From assembly GCF_009914755.1 (NCBI RefSeq), contig NC_060942.1: a DNA stretch of 64,000 nucleotides. One strand, 5' to 3'. Position numbers and translations under genes: made by a program. This DNA is from the human T2T-CHM13v2.0 reference genome, Homo sapiens. Positions 23,344 through 35,800 of the stretch are shown here, one piece after another; position 1 is the stretch's first letter, and every line of letters starts with the position of its first letter. A model generated the notes under the pieces. That model saw nothing but the letters and a program-made list of their open reading frames with translations, made no database searches and was not told the DNA's origin.

Positions 23344-26300
23344 CATTCTCAGAAACTTGTTTGTGATGTGTGCCCTCTACTGACAGAGTTGAACCTTTCT
23401 TTTCATAGAGCAGTTTTGAAACACTCTTTTTGTAGAATCTGCAAGAGGATATTTGCATAGCTTTGAGGATTTCGTGGGAAACGGGATTGTCTTCAGGTAA
23501 AATCTAGACAGAAGCATTCTCAGAAACTTCTTTGGGATGTTTGCATTCAAGTCACAGAGTAGAACATTCCCTTTGGTAGAGCAGGTTTGAAACACTCTTT
23601 TTGTAGTATCTGGAAGTGGACATTTGGAGCGCTTTCAGGCCCATGTTGGAAAGGGAAATATCTTCCCGTAACAACTAGGCAGAAGCATTCTCAGAAACTT
23701 ATTTGAGATGTGTGTACTCAACTAAGAGAATTGAACCACCGTTTTGAAGGAGCAGTTTTGAAACACTCTTTTTCTGGAATCTGCAAGAGTATATTTGCCT
23801 AGCCTTGAGGATTTCGTTGGAAACGGGATTGTCTTCAGAGAAAATCTAGACAGAAGCATTCTCAGAAACTTCTTTGGGATGTTTGCATTCAAGTCACAGA
23901 GTAGAACATTCCCTTTGGTAGAGCAGGTTTGAAACACTCTTTTTTTAGTATATGGAAGTGGACATTTGGAGCGCTTTCAGGCCTACGTTGGAAAAGGAAA
24001 TATCTTCCCATAACAACTAGACAGAAGCATTCTCAGAAACTAGTTTCTGATGTGTGTCCTCAACTAACACAGTTGAACATTTCTTTAGACAGAACAGTTT
24101 TGAAACACTCTTTTTGTGGAATCTGCAAGTGGCTATTTGGCTAGATTTGAGGATTTCGTTGGAAACGGGATTACATATAAAAAGCAGTCAGCAGCATTCT
24201 CAGAAAGTTCTTTGTGATGATTGCATTCAAGTCACAGAATTGAACATTCCCTTTCACAGAGCAGGTTTGAAACACTCTTTTTGTAGTGTGTGTAAGTGGA
24301 CATTTGGAGCACTTACCGGCCTAAGGTGAAAAAGGAAATATCTTCCCATAAAAACTAGACAGAAGCATTCTCAGAAACTTACTCGTGATGTGTGTCCTCA
24401 ACTAAAGGAGTAGAACCTTTCTTTTCATAGAGAAGTTTTGAAACGCTCTTTTTGTGGAATCTGCAAGTGGATATTTGGCTAGTTTTGAGGATTTCGTTGG
24501 AAGCGGGAATTCATACAAATTGCAGACTGCAGCGTTCTGAGAAACATCTTTGTGATGTTTGTATTCAGGACACAGAGTTGAACATTCCCTATCATAGAGC
24601 AGGTTGGAATCACTCCTTTTGTAGTATCTGGAAGTGGACATTTGGAGCGCTTTCAGGCCTATGTTGGAAAAGGAAATATCTTCCCATAACAACTAGACAG
24701 AAGCATTCTCAGAAACTTATTTGAGATGTGTGTACTCAACTAAGAGAATTGAACCACCGTTTTGAAGGAGCAGTTTTGAAACTCTCTTTTTCTGGAATCT
24801 GCAAGTGGATATTTGGCTAGCTTTGGGGATTTCGCTGGAAGCGGGAATACATATAAAAAGCACACAGCAGCGTTCTGAGAAACTGCTTTCTGATGTTTGC
24901 ATTCAAGTCAAAAGTTGAACACTCCCTTTCATAGAGCAGTCTTGAAACACCCCTTTTGTAGTATCTGGAACTGGACTTTTGGAGCGATTTCAGGGCTAAG
25001 GTGAAAAAGGAAATATCTTCCCATAAAAACTGGACAGAAGCATTCTCAGAAACTTGTTTATGCTGTATCTACTCAACTAACAAAGTTGAACCTTTCTTTT
25101 GATAGAGCAGTTTTGAAATGGTCTTTTTGTGGAATCTGCAAGTGGATATTTGGCTAGTTTTGAGGATTTCGTTGGAAGCGGGAATTCATACAAATTGCAG
25201 ACTGCAGCGTTCTGAGAAACATCTTTGTGATGTTTGTATTCAGGACACAGAGTTGAACATTCCCTATCATAGAGCAGGTTGGAATCACTCCTTTTGTAGT
25301 ATCTGGAAGTGGACATTTGGAGCGCTTTCAGGCCTATTTTGGAAAGGGAAATATCTTCCCGTAACAACTATGCAGAAGCATTCTCAGAAACTTGTTTGTG
25401 ATGTGTGCCCTCTACTGACAGAGTTGAACCTTTCTTTTCATAGAGCAGTTTTGAAACACTCTTTTTGTAGAATCTGCAAGAGGATATTTGCATAGCTTTG
25501 AGGATTTCGTGGGAAACGGGATTGTCTTCAGGTAAAATCTAGACAGAAGCATTCTCAGAAACTTCTTTGGGATGTTTGCATTCAAGTCACAGAGTAGAAC
25601 ATTCCCTTTGGTAGAGCAGGTTTGAAACACTCTTTTTGTAGTATCTGGAAGTGGACATTTGGAGCGCTTTCAGGCCCATGTTGGAAAGGGAAATATCTTC
25701 CCGTAACAACTAGGCAGAAGCATTCTCAGAAACTTATTTGAGATGTGTGTACTCAACTAAGAGAATTGAACCACCGTTTTGAAGGAGCAGTTTTGAAACA
25801 CTCTTTTTCTGGAATCTGCAAGAGTATATTTGCCTAGCCTTGAGGATTTCGTTGGAAACGGGATTGTCTTCAGAGAAAATCTAGACAGAAGCATTCTCAG
25901 AAACTTCTTTGGGATGCTTGCATTCAAGTCACAGAGTAGAACATTCCCTTTGGTAGAGCAGGTTTGAAACACTCTTTTTTTAGTATCTGGAAGTGGACAT
26001 TTGGAGCGCTTTCAGGCCTACGTTGGAAAAGGAAATATCTTCCCATAACAACTAGACAGAAGCATTCTCAGAAACTAGTTTCTGATGTGTGTCCTCAACT
26101 AACACAGTTGAACATTTCTTTAGACAGAACAGTTTTGAAACACTCTTTTTGTGGAATCTGCAAGTGGCTATTTGGCTAGATTTGAGGATTTCGTTGGAAA
26201 CGGGATTACATATAAAAAGCAGTCAGCAGCATTCTCAGAAAGTTCTTTGTGATGATTGCATTCAAGTCACAGAATTGAACATTCCCTTTCACAGAGCAGG

Positions 26301-29300
26301 TTTGAAACACTCTTTTTGTAGTGTGTGTAAGTGGACATTTGGAGCACTTACCGGCCTAAGGTGAAAAAGGAAATATCTTCCCATAAAAACTAGACAGAAG
26401 CATTCTCAGAAACTTACTCGTGATGTGTGTCCTCAACTAAAGGAGTAGAACCTTTCTTTTCATAGAGAAGTTTTGAAACGCTCTTTTTGTGGAATCTGCA
26501 AGTGGATATTTGGCTAGTTTTGAGGATTTCGTTGGAAGCGGGAATTCATACAAATTGCAGACTGCAGCGTTCTGAGAAACATCTTTGTGATGTTTGTATT
26601 CAGGACACAGAGTTGAACATTCCCTATCATAGAGCAGGTTTGAATCACTCCTTTTGTAGTATCTGGAAGTGGACATTTGGAGCGCTTTCAGGCCTATGTT
26701 GGAAAAGGAAATATCTTCCCATAACAACTAGACAGAAGCATTCTCAGAAACTTATTTGAGATGTGTGTACTCAACTAAGAGAATTGAACCACCGTTTTGA
26801 AGGAGCAGTTTTGAAACTCTCTTTTTCTGGAATCTGCAAGTGGATATTTGGCTAGCTTTGGGGATTTCGCTGGAAGCGGGAATACATATAAAAAGCACAC
26901 AGCAGCGTTCTGAGAAACTGCTTTCTGATGTTTGCATTCAAGTCAAAAGTTGAACACTCCCTTTCATAGAGCAGTCTTGAAACACCCCTTTTGTAGTATC
27001 TGGAACTGGACTTTTGGAGCGATTTCAGGGCTAAGGTGAAAAAGGAAATATCTTCCCATAAAAACTGGACAGAAGCATTCTCAGAAACTTGTTTATGCTG
27101 TATCTACTCAACTAACAAAGTTGAACCTTTCTTTTGATAGAGCAGTTTTGAAATGGTCTTTTTGTGGAATCTGCAAGTGGATATTTGGCTAGTTTTGAGG
27201 ATTTCGTTGGAAGCGGGAATTCATACAAATTGCAGACTGCAGCGTTCTGAGAAACATCTTTGTGATGTTTGTATTCAGGACACAGAGTTGAACATTCCCT
27301 ATCATAGAGCAGGTTGGAATCACTCCTTTTGTAGTATCTGGAAGTGGACATTTGGAGCGCTTTCAGGCCTATTTTGGAAAGGGAAATATCTTCCCGTAAC
27401 AACTATGCAGAAGCATTCTCAGAAACTTGTTTGTGATGTGTGCCCTCTACTGACAGAGTTGAACCTTTCTTTTCATAGAGCAGTTTTGAAACACTCTTTT
27501 TGTAGAATCTGCAAGAGGATATTTGCATAGCTTTGAGGATTTCGTGGGAAACGGGATTGTCTTCAGGTAAAATCTAGACAGAAGCATTCTCAGAAACTTC
27601 TTTGGGATGTTTGCATTCAAGTCACAGAGTAGAACATTCCCTTTGGTAGAGCAGGTTTGAAACACTCTTTTTGTAGTATCTGGAAGTGGACATTTGGAGC
27701 GCTTTCAGGCCCATGTTGGAAAGGGAAATATCTTCCCGTAACAACTAGGCAGAAGCATTCTCAGAAACTTATTTGAGATGTGTGTACTCAACTAAGAGAA
27801 TTGAACCACCGTTTTGAAGCAGCAGTTTTGAAACACTCTTTTTCTGGAATCTGCAAGAGTATATTTGCCTAGCCTTGAGGATTTCGTTGGAAACGGGATT
27901 GTCTTCAGAGAAAATCTAGACAGAAGCATTCTCAGAAACTTCTTTGGGATGCTTGCATTCCAGTCACAGAGTAGAACATTCCCTTTGGTAGAGCAGGTTT
28001 GAAACACTCTTTTTGTAGTATCTGGAAGTGGACATTTGGAGCGCTTTCAGGCCTACGTTGGAAAAGGAAATATCTTCCCATAACAACTAGACAGAAGCAT
28101 TCTCAGAAACTAGTTTCTGATGTGTGTCCTCAACTAACACAGTTGAACATTTCTTTAGACAGAACAGTTTTGAAACACTCTTTTTGTGGAATCTGCAAGT
28201 GGCTATTTGGCTAGATTTGAGGATTTCGTTGGAAACGGGATTACATATAAAAAGCAGTCAGCAGCATTCTCAGAAAGTTCTTTGTGATGATTGCATTCAA
28301 GTCACAGAATTGAACATTCCCTTTCACAGAGCAGGTTTGAAACACTCTTTTTGTAGTGTGTGTAAGTGGACATTTGGAGCACTTACCGGCCTAAGGTGAA
28401 AAAGGAAATATCTTCCCATAAAAACTAGACAGAAGCATTCTCAGAAACTTACTCGTGATGTGTGTCCTCAACTAAAGGAGTAGAACCTTTCTTTTCATAG
28501 AGAAGTTTTGAAACGCTCTTTTTGTGGAATCTGCAAGTGGATATTTGGCTAGTTTTGAGGATTTCGTTGGAAGCGGGAATTCATACAAATTGCAGACTGC
28601 AGCGTTCTGAGAAACATCTTTGTGATGTTTGTATTCAGGACACAGAGTTGAACATTCCCTATCATAGAGCAGGTTTGAATCACTCCTTTTGTAGTATCTG
28701 GAAGTGGACATTTGGAGCGCTTTCAGGCCTATGTTGGAAAAGGAAATATCTTCCCATAACAACTAGACAGAAGCATTCTCAGAAACTTATTTGAGATGTG
28801 TGTACTCAACTAAGAGAATTGAACCACCGTTTTGAAGGAGCAGTTTTGAAACTCTCTTTTTCTGGAATCTGCAAGTGGATATTTGGCTAGCTTTGGGGAT
28901 TTCGCTGGAAGCGGGAATACATATAAAAAGCACACAGCAGCGTTCTGAGAAACTGCTTTCTGATGTTTGCATTCAAGTCAAAAGTTGAACACTCCCTTTC
29001 ATAGAGCAGTCTTGAAACACCCCTTTTGTAGTATCTGGAACTGGACTTTTGGAGCGATTTCAGGGCTAAGGTGAAAAAGGAAATATCTTCCCATAAAAAC
29101 TGGACAGAAGCATTCTCAGAAACTTGTTTATGCTGTATCTACTCAACTAACAAAGTTGAACCTTTCTTTTGATAGAGCAGTTTTGAAATGGTCTTTTTGT
29201 GGAATCTGCAAGTGGATATTTGGCTAGTTTTGAGGATTTCGTTGGAAGCGGGAATTCATACAAATTGCAGACTGCAGCGTTCTGAGAAACATCTTTGTGA

Positions 29301-31483
29301 TGTTTGTATTCAGGACACAGAGTTGAACATTCCCTATCATAGAGCAGGTTGGAATCACTCCTTTTGTAGTATCTGGAAGTGGACATTTGGAGCGCTTTCA
29401 GGCCTATTTTGGAAAGGGAAATATCTTCCCGTAACAACTATGCAGAAGCATTCTCAGAAACTTGTTTGTGATGTGTGCCCTCTACTGACAGAGTTGAACC
29501 TTTCTTTTCATAGAGCAGTTTTGAAACACTCTTTTTGTAGAATCTGCAAGAGGATATTTGCATAGCTTTGAGGATTTCGTGGGAAACGGGATTGTCTTCA
29601 GGTAAAATCTAGACAGAAGCATTCTCAGAAACTTCTTTGGGATGTTTGCATTCAAGTCACAGAGTAGAACATTCCCTTTGGTAGAGCAGGTTTGAAACAC
29701 TCTTTTTGTAGTATCTGGAAGTGGACATTTGGAGCGCTTTCAGGCCCATGTTGGAAAGGGAAATATCTTCCCGTAACAACTAGGCAGAAGCATTCTCAGA
29801 AACTTATTTGAGATGTGTGTACTCAACTAAGAGAATTGAACCACCGTTTTGAAGCAGCAGTTTTGAAACACTCTTTTTCTGGAATCTGCAAGAGTATATT
29901 TGCCTAGCCTTGAGGATTTCGTTGGAAACGGGATTGTCTTCAGAGAAAATCTAGACAGAAGCATTCTCAGAAACTTCTTTGGGATGCTTGCATTCCAGTC
30001 ACAGAGTAGAACATTCCCTTTGGTAGAGCAGGTTTGAAACACTCTTTTTGTAGTATCTGGAAGTGGACATTTGGAGCGCTTTCAGGCCTACGTTGGAAAA
30101 GGAAATATCTTCCCATAACAACTAGACAGAAGCATTCTCAGAAACTAGTTTCTGATGTGTGTCCTCAACTAACACAGTTGAACATTTCTTTAGACAGAAC
30201 AGTTTTGAAACACTCTTTTTGTGGAATCTGCAAGTGGCTATTTGGCTAGATTTGAGGATTTCGTTGGAAACGGGATTACATATAAAAAGCAGTCAGCAGC
30301 ATTCTCAGAAAGTTCTTTGTGATGATTGCATTCAAGTCACAGAATTGAACATTCCCTTTCACAGAGCAGGTTTGAAACACTCTTTTTGTAGTGTGTGTAA
30401 GTGGACATTTGGAGCACTTACCGGCCTAAGGTGAAAAAGGAAATATCTTCCCATAAAAACTAGACAGAAGCATTCTCAGAAACTTACTCGTGATGTGTGT
30501 CCTCAACTAAAGGAGTAGAACCTTTCTTTTCATAGAGAAGTTTTGAAACGCTCTTTTTGTGGAATCTGCAAGTGGATATTTGGCTAGTTTTGAGGATTTC
30601 GTTGGAAGCGGGAATTCATACAAATTGCAGACTGCAGCGTTCTGAGAAACATCTTTGTGATGTTTGTATTCAGGACACAGAGTTGAACATTCCCTATCAT
30701 AGAGCAGGTTTGAATCACTCCTTTTGTAGTATCTGGAAGTGGACATTTGGAGCGCTTTCAGGCCTATGTTGGAAAAGGAAATATCTTCCCATAACAACTA
30801 GACAGAAGCATTCTCAGAAACTTATTTGAGATGTGTGTACTCAACTAAGAGAATTGAACCACCGTTTTGAAGGAGCAGTTTTGAAACTCTCTTTTTCTGG
30901 AATCTGCAAGTGGATATTTGGCTAGCTTTGGGGATTTCGCTGGAAGCGGGAATACATATAAAAAGCACACAGCAGCGTTCTGAGAAACTGCTTTCTGATG
31001 TTTGCATTCAAGTCAAAAGTTGAACACTCCCTTTCATAGAGCAGTCTTGAAACACCCCTTTTGTAGTATCTGGAACTGGACTTTTGGAGCGATTTCAGGG
31101 CTAAGGTGAAAAAGGAAATATCTTCCCATAAAAACTGGACAGAAGCATTCTCAGAAACTTGTTTATGCTGTATCTACTCAACTAACAAAGTTGAACCTTT
31201 CTTTTGATAGAGCAGTTTTGAAATGGTCTTTTTGTGGAATCTGCAAGTGGATATTTGGCTAGTTTTGAGGATTTCGTTGGAAGCGGGAATTCATACAAAT
31301 TGCAGACTGCAGCGTTCTGAGAAACATCTTTGTGATGTTTGTATTCAGGACACAGAGTTGAACATTCCCTATCATAGAGCAGGTTGGAATCACTCCTTTT
31401 GTAGTATCTGGAAGTGGACATTTGGAGCGCTTTCAGGCCTATTTTGGAAAGGGAAATATCTTCCCGTAACAACTATGCAGAAG

Positions 31484-32843
31484 CATTCTCAGAAACTTGT
31501 TTGTGATGTGTGCCCTCTACTGACAGAGTTGAACCTTTCTTTTCATAGAGCAGTTTTGAAACACTCTTTTTGTAGAATCTGCAAGAGGATATTTGCATAG
31601 CTTTGAGGATTTCGTGGGAAACGGGATTGTCTTCAGGTAAAATCTAGACAGAAGCATTCTCAGAAACTTCTTTGGGATGTTTGCATTCAAGTCACAGAGT
31701 AGAACATTCCCTTTGGTAGAGCAGGTTTGAAACACTCTTTTTGTAGTATCTGGAAGTGGACATTTGGAGCGCTTTCAGGCCCATGTTGGAAAGGGAAATA
31801 TCTTCCCGTAACAACTAGGCAGAAGCATTCTCAGAAACTTATTTGAGATGTGTGTACTCAACTAAGAGAATTGAACCACCGTTTTGAAGCAGCAGTTTTG
31901 AAACACTCTTTTTCTGGAATCTGCAAGAGTATATTTGCCTAGCCTTGAGGATTTCGTTGGAAACGGGATTGTCTTCAGAGAAAATCTAGACAGAAGCATT
32001 CTCAGAAACTTCTTTGGGATGCTTGCATTCCAGTCACAGAGTAGAACATTCCCTTTGGTAGAGCAGGTTTGAAACACTCTTTTTGTAGTATCTGGAAGTG
32101 GACATTTGGAGCGCTTTCAGGCCTACGTTGGAAAAGGAAATATCTTCCCATAACAACTAGACAGAAGCATTCTCAGAAACTAGTTTCTGATGTGTGTCCT
32201 CAACTAACACAGTTGAACATTTCTTTAGACAGAACAGTTTTGAAACACTCTTTTTGTGGAATCTGCAAGTGGCTATTTGGCTAGATTTGAGGATTTCGTT
32301 GGAAACGGGATTACATATAAAAAGCAGTCAGCAGCATTCTCAGAAAGTTCTTTGTGATGATTGCATTCAAGTCACAGAATTGAACATTCCCTTTCACAGA
32401 GCAGGTTTGAAACACTCTTTTTGTAGTGTGTGTAAGTGGACATTTGGAGCACTTACCGGCCTAAGGTGAAAAAGGAAATATCTTCCCATAAAAACTAGAC
32501 AGAAGCATTCTCAGAAACTTACTCGTGATGTGTGTCCTCAACTAAAGGAGTAGAACCTTTCTTTTCATAGAGAAGTTTTGAAACGCTCTTTTTGTGGAAT
32601 CTGCAAGTGGATATTTGGCTAGTTTTGAGGATTTCGTTGGAAGCGGGAATTCATACAAATTGCAGACTGCAGCGTTCTGAGAAACATCTTTGTGATGTTT
32701 GTATTCAGGACACAGAGTTGAACATTCCCTATCATAGAGCAGGTTGGAATCACTCCTTTTGTAGTATCTGGAAGTGGACATTTGGAGCGCTTTCAGGCCT
32801 ATTTTGGAAAGGGAAATATCTTCCCGTAACAACTATGCAGAAG
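31484..32843 (+). repeat. 8-mer HOR structural variant (1360 bp; 675-bp tetramer missing)
   Basis: Monomer g is followed by an l-type monomer (GGTTGGAAT, CCTATTTTGGAAAGGG, CTATGCAGAAG) and then a. The anchor spacing 32069 to 33429 is 1360 bp. Confidence 0.93.
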
Positions 32844-35800
32844 CATTCTCAGAAACTTGTTTGTGATGTGTGCCCTCTACTGACAGAGTTGAACCTTTCT
32901 TTTCATAGAGCAGTTTTGAAACACTCTTTTTGTAGAATCTGCAAGAGGATATTTGCATAGCTTTGAGGATTTCGTGGGAAACGGGATTGTCTTCAGGTAA
33001 AATCTAGACAGAAGCATTCTCAGAAACTTCTTTGGGATGTTTGCATTCAAGTCACAGAGTAGAACATTCCCTTTGGTAGAGCAGGTTTGAAACACTCTTT
33101 TTGTAGTATCTGGAAGTGGACATTTGGAGCGCTTTCAGGCCCATGTTGGAAAGGGAAATATCTTCCCGTAACAACTAGGCAGAAGCATTCTCAGAAACTT
33201 ATTTGAGATGTGTGTACTCAACTAAGAGAATTGAACCACCGTTTTGAAGCAGCAGTTTTGAAACACTCTTTTTCTGGAATCTGCAAGAGTATATTTGCCT
33301 AGCCTTGAGGATTTCGTTGGAAACGGGATTGTCTTCAGAGAAAATCTAGACAGAAGCATTCTCAGAAACTTCTTTGGGATGCTTGCATTCCAGTCACAGA
33401 GTAGAACATTCCCTTTGGTAGAGCAGGTTTGAAACACTCTTTTTGTAGTATCTGGAAGTGGACATTTGGAGCGCTTTCAGGCCTACGTTGGAAAAGGAAA
33501 TATCTTCCCATAACAACTAGACAGAAGCATTCTCAGAAACTAGTTTCTGATGTGTGTCCTCAACTAACACAGTTGAACATTTCTTTAGACAGAACAGTTT
33601 TGAAACACTCTTTTTGTGGAATCTGCAAGTGGCTATTTGGCTAGATTTGAGGATTTCGTTGGAAACGGGATTACATATAAAAAGCAGTCAGCAGCATTCT
33701 CAGAAAGTTCTTTGTGATGATTGCATTCAAGTCACAGAATTGAACATTCCCTTTCACAGAGCAGGTTTGAAACACTCTTTTTGTAGTGTGTGTAAGTGGA
33801 CATTTGGAGCACTTACCGGCCTAAGGTGAAAAAGGAAATATCTTCCCATAAAAACTAGACAGAAGCATTCTCAGAAACTTACTCGTGATGTGTGTCCTCA
33901 ACTAAAGGAGTAGAACCTTTCTTTTCATAGAGAAGTTTTGAAACGCTCTTTTTGTGGAATCTGCAAGTGGATATTTGGCTAGTTTTGAGGATTTCGTTGG
34001 AAGCGGGAATTCATACAAATTGCAGACTGCAGCGTTCTGAGAAACATCTTTGTGATGTTTGTATTCAGGACACAGAGTTGAACATTCCCTATCATAGAGC
34101 AGGTTTGAATCACTCCTTTTGTAGTATCTGGAAGTGGACATTTGGAGCGCTTTCAGGCCTATGTTGGAAAAGGAAATATCTTCCCATAACAACTAGACAG
34201 AAGCATTCTCAGAAACTTATTTGAGATGTGTGTACTCAACTAAGAGAATTGAACCACCGTTTTGAAGGAGCAGTTTTGAAACTCTCTTTTTCTGGAATCT
34301 GCAAGTGGATATTTGGCTAGCTTTGGGGATTTCGCTGGAAGCGGGAATACATATAAAAAGCACACAGCAGCGTTCTGAGAAACTGCTTTCTGATGTTTGC
34401 ATTCAAGTCAAAAGTTGAACACTCCCTTTCATAGAGCAGTCTTGAAACACCCCTTTTGTAGTATCTGGAACTGGACTTTTGGAGCGATTTCAGGGCTAAG
34501 GTGAAAAAGGAAATATCTTCCCATAAAAACTGGACAGAAGCATTCTCAGAAACTTGTTTATGCTGTATCTACTCAACTAACAAAGTTGAACCTTTCTTTT
34601 GATAGAGCAGTTTTGAAATGGTCTTTTTGTGGAATCTGCAAGTGGATATTTGGCTAGTTTTGAGGATTTCGTTGGAAGCGGGAATTCATACAAATTGCAG
34701 ACTGCAGCGTTCTGAGAAACATCTTTGTGATGTTTGTATTCAGGACACAGAGTTGAACATTCCCTATCATAGAGCAGGTTGGAATCACTCCTTTTGTAGT
34801 ATCTGGAAGTGGACATTTGGAGCGCTTTCAGGCCTATTTTGGAAAGGGAAATATCTTCCCGTAACAACTATGCAGAAGCATTCTCAGAAACTTGTTTGTG
34901 ATGTGTGCCCTCTACTGACAGAGTTGAACCTTTCTTTTCATAGAGCAGTTTTGAAACACTCTTTTTGTAGAATCTGCAAGAGTATATTTGCATAGCTTTG
35001 AGGATTTCGTGGGAAACGGGATTGTCTTCAGGTAAAATCTAGACAGAAGCATTCTCAGAAACTTCTTTGGGATGTTTGCATTCAAGTCACAGAGTAGAAC
35101 ATTCCCTTTGGTAGAGCAGGTTTGAAACACTCTTTTTGTAGTATCTGGAAGTGGACATTTGGAGCGCTTTCAGGCCCATGTTGGAAAGGGAAATATCTTC
35201 CCGTAACAACTAGGCAGAAGCATTCTCAGAAACTTATTTGAGATGTGTGTACTCAACTAAGAGAATTGAACCACCGTTTTGAAGGAGCAGTTTTGAAACA
35301 CTCTTTTTCTGGAATCTGCAAGAGTATATTTGCCTAGCCTTGAGGATTTCGTTGGAAACGGGATTGTCTTCAGAGAAAATCTAGACAGAAGCATTCTCAG
35401 AAACTTCTTTGGGATGCTTGCATTCCAGTCACAGAGTAGAACATTCCCTTTGGTAGAGCAGGTTTGAAACACTCTTTTTGTAGTATCTGGAAGTGGACAT
35501 TTGGAGCGCTTTCAGGCCTACGTTGGAAAAGGAAATATCTTCCCATAACAACTAGACAGAAGCATTCTCAGAAACTAGTTTCTGATGTGTGTCCTCAACT
35601 AACACTATTGAACATTTCTTTAGACAGAACAGTTTTGAAACACTCTTTTTGTGGAATCTGCAAGTGGCTATTTGGCTAGATTTGAGGATTTCGTTGGAAA
35701 CGGGATTACATATAAAAAGCAGTCAGCAGCATTCTCAGAAAGTTCTTTGTGATGATTGCATTCAAGTCACAGAATTGAACATTCCCTTTCACAGAGCAGG

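Larger units (their letters stand above)
11144..25378 (+). repeat. Three tandem copies of a 28-monomer (16-mer + 12-mer) 4745-bp super-repeat
   Basis: 16-mers start at 11144, 15889 and 20634, exactly 4745 bp apart. A shared SNV G occurs at 13428, 18173 and 22918 with the same period. Confidence 0.85.
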
